Source: Eledone cirrhosa | Taxonomy: Eukaryota | DNA: 64,000 nt | Assembly (NCBI GenBank): GCA_964016885.1 | Contig: OZ024742.1 | Span: 37,262,001-37,326,000 of the forward strand | Direction of reading: 5' to 3' | Part shown: one piece after another, positions 25,669 to 39,722 of the stretch | How the letters are laid out: every line of letters begins with the position of its first letter | Position numbering within the stretch: the first letter of the stretch is position 1 | The notes under the pieces: model-generated | What the model was told of the DNA's origin: nothing | What the model saw: the letters and a program-made list of their open reading frames with translations, nothing else | Database searches by the model: none | Program-made: the position numbers and the translations under genes

Positions 25669-26261
25669 GTTCATGCACACACACATGCACGTACATTCAC
25701 ACACATGTGCGCACACACACATACACATTACTAATACATTTCAAATAATATCTCTTATCAAAGGAATTGTTAAAGAAATCTTGGAAAGTGATTTTATACT
25801 TCTATTGAACTAGATTTGATGTTTATAGAAGTATAAATGTTCCTTGATAATTGCCTTTGATAATGGGTAACAGCTATCACTTGTTTCCATGTAGTTTGTT
25901 TGTTCTTTTTCATTTGTTGTGCTGGTATTGACTGAGGCAGCCAACCCTTGCATGAAACATATCTCAACATGTCATGTGCACACGCATACACACACTGTTC
26001 TGTGGATATGGTGGTGTTTCAAACACCATCCATACTATTACACTACTGTTTCTAAACTTCTCTATTCTTCTAAATGCAACCTCACCACCTCATCCTTCTT
26101 GATTCCCTTGCATATCTCTTTCTATCTGCCCAGTCTTGGCTTGTTGTTTGTATTCCTATTTAATATGCCTTATTATTACTATTATATTGTAACTACTACT
26201 TTTATTATTATTATTGCTATTGTTGTTATTATATTCAGTGTTAGTCTGTCTCTCAAACCCT

Positions 26262-26495
26262 CTGGATGCAGCTTGGAACAACCCACACAGCTTCTTTGAA
26301 CCCTGATGGACTTGTCTTCTCATTTGTGGCTTGCTGTTTGACACATAATTTATTGAACTGTTTACTTCTGTCATCTTGCTGAGTGCTTGGAACAACCCCC
26401 ACAGCTTTGTTGAACCCTGATGGCCTTGTCATTACATTTGTGGCTTGCTGTTTCACACGTAACCTATTAAACCGTTTACTTCTATTGTCTTGTTG
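26262..26495 (+). repeat. Tandem duplication of a ~120-bp unit
   Basis: GCTTGGAACAACCC..TTGAACCCTGATGG..CATTTGTGGCTTGCTGTTT..GTTTACTTCT occurs twice. Confidence 0.85.
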
Positions 26496-26543
26496 AGCCA
26501 CCGCTGCTCTCTACCTGTCTTGATTTCGTCTTATTTTTATCAG

Positions 26544-26657
26544 TTTACCGGCCACGCCAAATTCCACAGCCAAGCTCTTCAGCCGGAGTTAGTGACTCTG
26601 AACCAAGCACGACAGTTTCTCCTGTTGGCTCCAATCGGTCTAGCCCTGGACGTGATG
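26544..26657 (+). CDS. SLAIN: SLAIN-motif protein, internal exon
   Basis: tttttatcag/..GATG/gtcagt; VYRPRQIPQPSSS...GSNRSSPGRD; 114 nt, frame-preserving. Confidence 0.8.
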
Positions 26658-27579
26658 GTCAGTCAATGTTTGTCCTTAATTTCCACCCCCTAACGATCCT
26701 CTTCACACTTTTCAACTTGATAAACATGGAGTTGTGTGGCTAGTGGTGTCACTGCTGGCCACACTCACTGATGAGCTTGTTTCCAGTTATCTGATGTAGT
26801 AATGATCACCTAGTTTCCACTACTAGTCTTTAATGAGTTTATCTCTTCTGTAGTCACTTCCTACTACTGGCCTTTGGTGATTTCCTATCTCCTCAATACT
26901 CTCCTCCCATAGCCTTATCTCATACTTCTCAACAACTTTCAGATTGACACATCTGTATTGCTCCTCCTCCTTCTGCTCCCTACCTAAATATTCTAGTCAC
27001 TCTTAGTAGATTATATTAATATTTGTTGTTTCAGTGTGACTAAAGTGGGTATGTATAGTATTCATTTCTCCCCAATGTATTGTAGATATGTTGTTCCTCT
27101 AAGGTATTAACTCTTAATACCCGGTAATGATTAAGCAGAAAATATCTAAGAACATATTTGTTAATTCAAATGTTTATAGTATCTTCATTAGTGGACCAAT
27201 ATTTATGGAAATTTGGAGTATTAGAGTAATAATGCAGTTGTAATGTTGTTTTGTACTTTTCATGTGGTTCAGGATATTAAGTGTTAATGTTTGTTCCAGT
27301 CTGGACTGGAGTGGGTAGGTACTGTCTTTGTCTTCTCTGCTTCAAATAGATGTGTTGATTCTGTCAGATGTTTATCTACTGGTGAAATTCCTATGTAATT
27401 ATGTATAGACTAAACTGTAGAAAGTGTGCAGTTTATTAAGTTTTGTTACACTTTCCACTGTTGCTGTTCATTGTATTACAATGTCTTCTCAGTAAGGCAG
27501 TTTATTCTCCCCTTCTTCAACCTAAAGTTTTGATAATTTGTTTGATTGGATTATATACTTATATATCCTCTCTCTTTGT

Positions 27580-28245
27580 TCCAATACCATACCACATTGA
27601 AGCTCTCTTTCACTTATCACACCACATTGAACCTCTGTTTCACCTACCATACTACATTGATCTTTTACCTATCTACCATACGACATTGAGTCTCTTTTTT
27701 ACCTATCCACCATACATTGAAATTTGTTGATCCTCTGTTTCACTTACCATACCACTTGAGCCTCTGTTTTACCTATCTAGCATACCTCATTAATCCTCTG
27801 TTTCAACTACCGTGCCTCATTGATCCTTTGTTTCAACTACCGTGCCTCATTGAACTTCTGTTTCCCTAATCATATCACATTGAGCCTCTATTTACCACAC
27901 TGAGTCTCTGTTTCACCAACCATACTACACTGAGCTGCTGTTTCACTAACCATACCACACTGAGTCTATTTCACCTACCATACCCCACTGAGTCTCTCTT
28001 TCACCTACCATACCACATTGATCCCCTGTTTCACCTATCTACCATACCACATTGAGCTGCTGTTTTACCTATTCTACTATACCACATTGAGCCTCTGTTT
28101 TAGATATACCATATTGATCCTCTGTTTCACCTATAATACACCATATTGAACCTCTGTTTCATAGCTCATTGAATCAATGTTTCACCTACTATATCTGATT
28201 GAACATCTGTTTCAAGTAACTATCATACAACATTGAGCCTTTGTT
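27580..28245 (+). repeat. Minisatellite, ~30-bp unit
   Basis: Consensus CCATACCACATTGAGCCTCTGTTTCACCTA, about 20 degenerate copies. Confidence 0.9.
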
Positions 28246-28786
28246 AATTAATCTCATGGCTTCTTCATTTAAAAGCCACTTTCTAGATTATCTATTCAGG
28301 TATTTGGTGCATGCTTTCTGACAATCAAATGTCAAGATTAAAATTCAGTATTGCCATTCAATATATATCACAATTGTGCTTCTATGACTCCACCAGGAGT
28401 TCAAGGCTCACAGTATTGCAAAATGTGATCCTTCTTCTGATCCATTGGATTACCTGTCAATGGAGGTCTTTTAATAACCTTTCACAATTTGAAGGCAATC
28501 TGCAGGATACCAGAGAAAGTCGGTTATCGCCTCAAGTTTGTATCTTGTTGTCTATGATGATGTGTTGTTCAGTAGATTCTATAGTTTGACGGGCTCTGGC
28601 ATGTAATATGGAGGTTATTATTGCAGGTTAGTGACAGTGTCCTCTATTGGGGACACACTACTGCAACACAACAATAATAATTTCATAACCAACAGGAAAC
28701 AGTTTGTAAAAAACATTTTTATCTTTATATTTATAAAAGTATAATTTCATTCAAAAGTTATTACACACATTTTAAGTCTTTCCAAC

Positions 28787-28882
28787 AGACGTGGCTAACA
28801 CATCACCATTTGTAGACGTGGCTAACACATCACCATTTGTAGACGTTGATAACACATCACCATTTGTAGATGTTGATAACAT
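28787..28882 (+). repeat. Minisatellite, 27-bp unit
   Basis: AGACGTGGCTAACACATCACCATTTGT, about 3.5 copies. Confidence 0.85.
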
Positions 28883-29533
28883 CTCATGTCCATTCAAGTC
28901 ATTAATAAAATGTTACAATTTATAGCTGTTGCTAACATTTCCGACATCTTGTATATCACTAAAATCATTCTAGATGTTTCTAACATAACCCATAATTGTT
29001 GATGTTGCTAACATGTCAGTCCCTCACTCTTCTTACATACTTCACGTTTCATAGATTTTACATTTTATCAACCATTACATTTCATCTGTATTGTAAACTG
29101 TATTTGTATGTAACTGTAATGCAAACTGTGGAATTTCTATCACATACATTTCATGTCACACAACTGTCATGTCACCATAGCTATATAGTACTAACACACA
29201 ACTCTATTTATAAATACAAGAATATAAGAAATTCAGGGAGTCAATGGAACTGATTATTCCCTTGAAGGCAGTGTCCTATCATGACCACTCTATAAATATA
29301 GTTATACAACTCCTTGTTTTTAACATTGAATTCTGTCACAATTAATGTAGATATAGCTACATTTTTTTTTAATTAGAAGTTTTTTGAGGAAAAGAATGCA
29401 GTATAAACACTTTACTGTTGTTATATCTACATTAAATTTACCTTAAATATAATCTATATATATATATATATTTGAAGTATTTCTGTAAGAAAGGTAAAGG
29501 AGGGGAGAGTGCTCTATGTATACTACAGAGCTA

Positions 29534-29585
<52 letters not shown>

Positions 29586-29712
29586 AGACGGAGAGAGACT
29601 GCAATACTGAGACTAAAGAGGCCAGAAATCATAGGAGTACGAAATGCAGAATGGGTGTAGAGATAGGTATAATCCTGATTGCAACGCCACAGTCTCTATC
29701 TATCTACCTATG

Positions 29713-29752
<40 letters not shown>

Positions 29753-30645
29753 GAGAAAATATTCCTAGGTGTGAAAAAGGAAAACAGTGCTCATAATATG
29801 GTCAAGATTGAACTGTTTTGATGGTTGACTGGAAAGCTCCATTGAATCATCAAATGTATTTCCTTGTGGTTGTTTAAAAGATAAACATATCTTCTGAGAA
29901 AAATCCAAAAATATTTGAAAATTGATTCAAGATATCATTTTTTTAATGTACAGGGAAATATGTGTACTAGGCATGTTTACACATCTAAATACATAATCAC
30001 ATAGTTTTGGATGCCTCTATACTGTAAATATACAGATGTAAATTGTATACTTCAATTATATATAGTTGAGGTATTAAACAATATATACTGGTGTTACTTT
30101 GTTTAGCACTCAATATGGTTTTATTATTTGAATATTCAGTATTAACAGTTGTAAGAGTTTATACTAGCTTCTGTTTGGTATCAAAATAAGAGTATTTCTA
30201 TTTTAAAATATGAGTGAAATTACAGTTCAACAGATTTTTAATTACATATTCACGTGAGGTGTTTTACTTTATTGGAACGGTTCAAAGCTAGTTGCAGTTA
30301 CATAATCTGTTTTACAACTTATAGCTTTACTCTGATACAATTAGCTCATCAGATCTTTTGGAAATACTGACACTTCAGCTCAACAGTGTTGAGATTATAT
30401 TCATTCATACAAGCTCGATCCTATACTCTGAAATAAAGTAATAAATCGGGTGGATACAAAGTAAAGCTAAGTGTTAGTATAATATAAAATGAAATATAAA
30501 AAATAAGTGTAAGAAATTCAGGTTACAAGTGTATAAGTAACCATTTATACACACACACACACACACACACATGTATATATACTGTAGTATAAGTTTGTAG
30601 AAATATCAAAAGGTAAGAGCACTCAGTCCATAGGACAAATTAAGT

Positions 30646-31285
30646 ATTAGTTACAACAGTAACATATACAGGTATTTAAGTTTTGTTGGGTTATACACCC
30701 TAACTCATTCAGCCTGTTATATAAAAAGAAAATAGCTGCCTCCACTGGTTGATTGGAGGTGTTTAGAAAATAAACAAAACTTTTAGATAGTGTAAAGTGG
30801 GGTAACTATAAAAAAACCACAAAGGTAGGGAACATGTACTAAATTAGTAACTCAAAGATATCAAATTCCTTGAAATTCAAATTAGTTTGGTCTATACCAT
30901 TTTCTCACTTCAGAGAAACACTGCTTCAATACCCGCCGTGACTGCTTTAGTCACTGTCCACACGAAGCAGATTTCCATCTAAGAAAAGGTTACACAACAG
31001 ACTAATTTGAATTCCAAGGAATTTGATTTCTTTGAAACTTAACATAAATTCCCTACCTTTGTGGGTTTTTTTAATAATTTCCTCCCTTTACACTATCTAA
31101 ACAGTTTGTATATTTATAGCTAAATTCGAAATTACCTGCCGTTGAAGAGCTCTTGCATGATTTTCTAAAAACCTCCACTCAACCACTGAAGGTAGCCATT
31201 TTCTTTTTATATAACAGACTGAATGAGCTAGGGTGTATAACCCAACAAAACTTAAGTACCTGTATATGTCACTGTTGTAACTAAT
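30646..31285. repeat. Imperfect ~640-bp fold-back with a degenerate hammerhead in each arm
   Basis: The arms pair from ATTAGTTACAACAGT / ACTGTTGTAACTAAT inward to a GTGACT..AGTCAC centre (~30938-30954). Hammerhead-like motifs at 30668-30717 (-) and 31214-31263 (+). Confidence 0.9.
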
Positions 31286-31462
31286 TATACATATATGTAT
31301 ATCCGTGAGATATTAACGAACATGAAAATAATTACTCAATACTGAAGTAGTTTGAATATTTTTTATTATGGTTAATGATGAGTCTTGTTAGACATAATAA
31401 AGAATATATATATTTATTAATGTTTGTGTGTGTATATATATGTACTTCTATTTCATTATCAG

Positions 31463-31591
31463 AAAGTATGTCCTCTTCCCGGCGCAACAGTCACAGTATG
31501 GCATCAAATGGTGGCTCTGAATCTAACAGTCCTCCTGATAGTCCATTTAGCAGCCAGAACCAAATTAACTGTGTTAACCACCAACCACAAG
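31463..31591 (+). CDS. SLAIN: SLAIN-motif protein, internal exon
   Basis: tatcag/..CAAG/gtatgt; SMSSSRRNSHS...SPPDSPFSSQ; 129 nt. Confidence 0.82.
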
Positions 31592-31887
31592 GTATGTTGT
31601 TTGCTTTTCTTCTTCCATTCCTCTGTCTGTGTCCACATATTCATATATATGTGTATACTTGTATGTACAGAGGTGCTTATGTATACATGTGGATATATAT
31701 AGCATATTTCCTGGCGTCGAAGACACTACTTTTTCCCTAAAATAAGTCTCAAAAATCTACCATGTGCCCTGGAGGCTGAAGGTTGTTTATTTTTTTTCAA
31801 ATTTTTGGTTGTCAAAATTAAGGTGCGTCTTCGGCGCCGGGAAATACAGTATATGCATCTACAAGTGCATCTTCATTTATGTGTATG

Positions 31888-31953
<66 letters not shown>

Positions 31954-32091
31954 CTGTGCTGAAAAACCTGTCCAACCCATGCAAACGTGGAAAACGGATG
32001 TAAAAACAATGATGATGATATATATTTGAATACAAAAATTCAGTAACTCTGTGGTTTTATTTTCTAATATTTTATTTTTTCTATTGAACAG

Positions 32092-32425
32092 ATGAAGGGC
32101 GTAGAGGAATGTCTAACATGTTCAAGTTAGTAACACCACCCCCACCTATATACTCCAGTGACTCTAGTCTTGATGCATGCAGTGATGAAATGCTGTACGT
32201 GGCAGGTGGTACACCAGAGTCAGCGTCAAGACAACCATCACGCCTACAGCAGCCAGGTCGGCCAACATCACCATTAGTTAGTCACCTGAAACAACCCAAT
32301 AATATGCGTAGGGGGTCCTCCCCGATCAGAAGTAACCTTCCACAACCAGGGTCCACCACACCCCGCAGATCAATACCAAGGCCAGGAACTGTGACGGCAC
32401 GTTCTAGTTTACCAGCTCCCAGAAG
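32092..32425 (+). CDS. SLAIN: SLAIN-motif protein, penultimate exon with SxIP-type motifs
   Basis: aacag/..AGAAG/gtatg; S/P/R-rich with SNLP, RSIP and SSLP. Confidence 0.88.
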
Positions 32426-32700
32426 GTATGTTCTTCATTCTGTTTATCTCAACCCTTTGCCACCAATCCACCTAAAACTCTCCCCAAGTTTGATGATTAA
32501 AACGTTTCTATTTGATATAAAAACATTTTGTGTCAAATGTTATCTTGATGATAAAATAATTGATAATTTTAGTAAATTCCTCCAAGAATTGATATTCCTG
32601 TGATTAAATATATTTTCCCCTATTTCACCAGTTTCTATGACAACCAATCTCTCTAAATGTTCATAGAACTTTTGTTCATTTATTCTTTGTTTTCCTTTAG

Positions 32701-32803
32701 ATCTGGAATCCCGTTTAAACCTCAAGAAAAGGGCGCACCTTCTGCAATGACCTCCCCTCCAGGCCCAGGACATGATGACAGCTGGAAAGAGGGTTGTTTT
32801 TAA
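32701..32803 (+). CDS. SLAIN: SLAIN-motif protein, last coding exon
   Basis: cctttag/A; SGIPFKP...HDDSWKEGCF-TAA, resembling the SLAIN C-terminal W-x-D/E-G-C-aromatic tail. Confidence 0.9.
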
Positions 32804-33120
32804 AGGATTTTGCTTCAGTCACTATGCAAGAAATGAAGCACATGTAACATATATATTTACACATGCACACACAGACACACGCAAATATATATATATATAT
32901 TACGAAGAAAAAGTAGGCAACGACTTCGGTGTTGAGTCCTCTTCAAACTGTAGACTGAAGAGGCCTCAATGCCTAAACTTGAAAGTTACTGCCAATATTT
33001 TCTCCGGAAAATATATCTTATACTCTGCTCAGATGTATTGAGTGCCCTTCAGTTAATGTTTGAATGTTTTATGTACAGAACATAAAACTCCCCCTTTAAT
33101 ATATATATATATTAAATACA

Positions 33121-33157
<37 letters not shown>

Positions 33158-33363
33158 TTCCTTCATGTTAGTTAATCCGTTGCTACTTTTAGGTTGTACT
33201 CGTTTATTAACTAAGCACAGTATAGACAGGATTGAGCTCTCAATGTAGTATACTTCCAAAGTTGTGATGCTATCACCCTGGTCCGTGCACTATGGAATAT
33301 TAGTATAATAATGAAGAAGTCAGTTTATTTGAATCTTACATATTTTATTGATTACTTTTTTTA

Positions 33364-33420
33364 CTGTAATATATATTTCAATGGTATCTATTATGTAATA
33401 GATACAACCTCATCAGACAG
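33364..33420 (-). ncRNA. Minimal type I hammerhead ribozyme motif
   Basis: Minus strand: CTGT-CTGATGA-GGTTGTATCTATTACATAATAGATACCATT-GAAA-T-ATAT-A-TT-ACAG. Confidence 0.7.
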
Positions 33421-33575
33421 CTATTGTGTAATCATTTCTTCAATATGTGATATGTCCCAATCATGTTTTGATGTTACTCATTTGTTGGTCAGGTCATAGA
33501 CTAGTAACATCAAACCATGCCTGAGACATCGCACATTGAAGAAATGATTACGTAATAGCTGTCTCGATACCAATC

Positions 33576-33602
33576 AATAAAAGTATATAAGTTTCAAATA
33601 AA
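33576..33602 (+). terminator. Candidate polyadenylation signals for SLAIN
   Basis: AATAAA at 33576 and 33597, about 800 nt after the stop, followed by T-rich sequence. Confidence 0.45.
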
Positions 33603-34111
33603 CTGACTTCTTTATTATTATATATATATATATAGGCACATACACACACTTGAGAACTACTACTACTTACACTTGGTTCACAGTGTTTTTTCACAATGAA
33701 GTGACACTTCTGCCATCACCACAACTACTCTCACCCACAGCACATGGACCCTCTCTCACAAGCTTTATTTACCCCTCTCCTCTTCCTCGTTCATCTGACA
33801 GGGAAGGGTCCATTGTATTGTGTGAAGAAAAAGTGGTTAAATGTGAACCCCTAGTACTTACTGTGTGCAGAGTGGATTGTATGTTAGGGAAAGTGTGAGA
33901 AGTTCCCCTACCAGCTCATGTGTGGTGTCACTCTAACAACTTCCTAAATATTCAAACTGACTGTGGTCAGGTTATCTCAGTCAGTTTGCTTTCAGTTTGT
34001 TCCTCCTTTCCATATCTTTATCCTTCCTTTCATCTTCTGAAGCTGTCTTTGCTAAGAATCTACACTTTGTACTGCACTTGAGAGATGAGATGCACAGATG
34101 AGATGGTGTTT

Positions 34112-34161
<50 letters not shown>

Positions 34162-34352
34162 ACTCTTTTACCTGTTTCAGCCATCCGGCTGAGGCCATGC
34201 TGGGGCATATATATATATATTATATATATGTGTTAGTATTTTAACGATAGTTATAGCTCTGGTTTATCCAAACTATTGAGCCCTCTGCCACACATGTCGG
34301 ATATTGTTTATCGTGATTTTGTGGGCCGATATTCCGATTCTCGATCATTCTA

Positions 34353-34377
34353 CTATATATATTTATATATATATATT

Positions 34378-34436
<59 letters not shown>

Positions 34437-34493
34437 ATATATATATTTATTTATATATATATATATATTTATATATTTATATATTTATATATT

Positions 34494-34526
<33 letters not shown>

Positions 34527-34632
34527 ATTTATATATATATATATATATTTATATATATTTATATATATTATATATATATATATTTATATATATTTATATA
34601 TATATATTTATATATATATATTTATATATATT

Positions 34633-34663
<31 letters not shown>

Positions 34664-34694
34664 GTTATATATATTTATATATTATATATATATT

Positions 34695-34727
<33 letters not shown>

Positions 34728-34836
34728 TATATATATATATATATTTATATATATTTATATATATTTATATATATTTATATATATTTATATATATATATAT
34801 ATAAATATATATATATATATTTATATATATATATAA

Positions 34837-34867
<31 letters not shown>

Positions 34868-35024
34868 ATATATATTTATATATATATATTATATATATTT
34901 ATATATATATATTATATATATATATTATATATATATTATATATATATATTATATATATATATTATATATATTTATATATATATTTATATATATTATATAT
35001 ATATATTATATATATTTATATATA

Positions 35025-35097
<73 letters not shown>

Positions 35098-35271
35098 TAT
35101 ATATATATATATTTATATATATATATATATTTATATATATATTTACGCTTATATATATATTTATTTATTTACGCTTATATATATATATATATATATATTC
35201 AGCTTCCTGAAGATTTCATCTGAATGAAACAGTACTAGTCCTGTAGAAGCTCCTTCTATAAAATAAAAAAA

Positions 35272-35347
<76 letters not shown>

Positions 35348-35418
35348 ATATATTTATATATATATTTATATATATATATTTATATATATATATTTATATA
35401 TATATATTTATATATATA

Positions 35419-35488
<70 letters not shown>

Positions 35489-35524
35489 AACGGAAAAAAT
35501 GAAACGATATTTCATACTTATATT

Positions 35525-35557
<33 letters not shown>

Positions 35558-35646
35558 TTATATTTATATATATATTTATATATATATATATTTATATATA
35601 TATATATTTATATATATATATATTTATATATATTTATATATATATA

Positions 35647-35693
<47 letters not shown>

Positions 35694-35770
35694 ATTTATA
35701 TATATTTATATATATATATATTTATATATATATATATTTATATATTTATATATATATATATATATTTATA
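34353..35770. repeat. (TA)n/TATATTTA microsatellite field with small unique islands
   Basis: Direct reading. Confidence 0.95.
35201..35251 (+). ncRNA. Type I hammerhead ribozyme motif
   Basis: AGCTTC-CTGAAGA-TTTCATCTGAAT-GAAA-CAG-TACTAGTC-CTG-TA-GAAGCT; 6-bp stem I, 4-bp stem III, GUA cleavage triplet. Confidence 0.75.
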
Positions 35771-36105
35771 TAATATAAGATCAAAAGATGGTTAAAGGAG
35801 TTCCATGTATTTTATTATGCGCATTTCAAAAACAAACATCATCATGCAATAATATTTGTGTTTTCATCAGGTAAAACAGGAGAACATGATATGAAGGCTA
35901 AAAAACACTTGTGGATAGTGCAGTTTTAAATCAACATATTTTGATTTAAAACTGCACTATCCACAAGTGTTTTTTAGCCTTCATATCATGTTCTCCTGTT
36001 TTACCTGATGAAAACACAAATATTATTGCATGATGATGTTTGTTTTTGAAATGCGCATAATAAAATACATGGAACTCCTTTAACCATCTTTTGATCTTAT
36101 ATTAT
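35770..36105. repeat. Near-perfect 336-bp palindrome (one mismatch near the centre)
   Basis: Centre AAATCAACATATTTTGATTT; arms are reverse complements. Confidence 0.95.
35998..36066 (+). ncRNA. Type I hammerhead motif (mirror copy on - strand at ~35809-35877)
   Basis: GTTTTAC-CTGATGA-AAACACAAAT..ATGTTTGTTTTT-GAAA-T-GCGC-A-TA-ATAAAAT; C-A mismatch at the first stem I pair. Confidence 0.65.
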
Positions 36106-36215
36106 GTATACTCCAGTCCTACAAACTGTAGAGTGCTTCTTATCCGATATCTGCATTGCTTTATTGTACTACAATAAAACTCACCTCCTACATTATATAT
36201 ATATTTATATATATT

Positions 36216-36247
<32 letters not shown>

Positions 36248-36252
<5 letters not shown>

Positions 36253-36786
36253 TTAGAAACACACAGATACATGCGGACACACACATATATACATGAATGC
36301 ATCCGCACCCAACTGTGAGTTAAGGGTGCCAACTTCACCGATGTTGCTCAATGAATGACTGGGACAGACCAATTCAGTTTGAACCAGACTTAAAAATACA
36401 TTATGAAGAGAGAAGAAACATTTAGATATAATTAGTAATAAAATGTATCATACCTAAACTGCTCCTAAATTCCTCGACTACGTAGTTTCGTGGCATAAAC
36501 AAAAACAATATATCAAAGATATAGAGTCCTTGCGAGGTCTGCCAACTTATCAAGAGGATACCTCATTTTACTAGTCTCAAGAACGCGTCTACACGACGTG
36601 AGAAAGAATCCCAAAAGGCGGAGGGGGAGATAGTCACGCGATATAACGGTCGAGAAACGTTATATCTGTTTCTCGAGCAACATTGAGCAACATCGGTGAA
36701 GTTGGCACCCTTAACTCACAGTTGGGTGCGGATGCATTCATGTATATATGTGTGTGTCCGCATGTATCTGTGTGTTTCTAAATATA
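36248..36786. mobile_element. Element with 106-bp perfect inverted ends and a hammerhead-bearing interior
   Basis: 36248-36353 is the reverse complement of 36681-36786; embedded in (TA)n. Confidence 0.85.
36471..36558 (-). ncRNA. Type I hammerhead ribozyme, U3-A8 core variant
   Basis: Minus strand: TCCTC-TTGATAA-GTTGGCA..TGCCAC-GAAA-CT-ACGT-AG-TC-GAGGA; GUC cleavage triplet. Confidence 0.75.
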
Positions 36787-39345
<2,559 letters not shown>

Positions 39346-39439
39346 CTAGTCGATCGACTTTCGTCAAATCGGACCGAGGAAACTATGTTTCCGTTGGTCT
39401 TTCCAATTGCTAATACTATCTATCGGTCGCAACTCCAGG

Positions 39440-39565
39440 TAGAAGGAGCAACGTGAAATAAAGTGTCTTGCTCAAGGACATAACGCATCTCCTGGTTCAG
39501 GAATCGAACTCACAACCTCACGATTGTGAATCCAATACTCTAACCACTCAGCCACACGCCTTCAC
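39440..39565 (-). mobile_element. tRNA-derived SINE head with CORE-like segment
   Basis: Minus strand GTGGCTGAGTGGTTAGAG..GAGTTCGATTCC..CCTTGAGCAAGACACTTTATTTCAC; relatives at ~18416, 40660-40770 and 56658. Confidence 0.75.
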
Positions 39566-39587
39566 TATATATATATATATATTTATA

Positions 39588-39722
<135 letters not shown>

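Noticed and set aside
26750-27560. Possible second Penelope fossil on the minus strand (LQYIGE near 27085)
   Set aside because: A single short motif; too degraded to call by eye.
27580-28245. CRISPR-like appearance of the regular ~30-bp repeats (also 41595-41960)
   Set aside because: Head-to-tail minisatellites without unique spacers, in eukaryotic DNA with no cas genes.
30260-30360. Minus-strand CTGATGA-GCTA..TAGC motif
   Set aside because: No proper GAAA, stem III or stem I.
39440-39565. tRNA gene
   Set aside because: A and B boxes are present, but the sequence continues into a SINE body with several diverged copies in the window.
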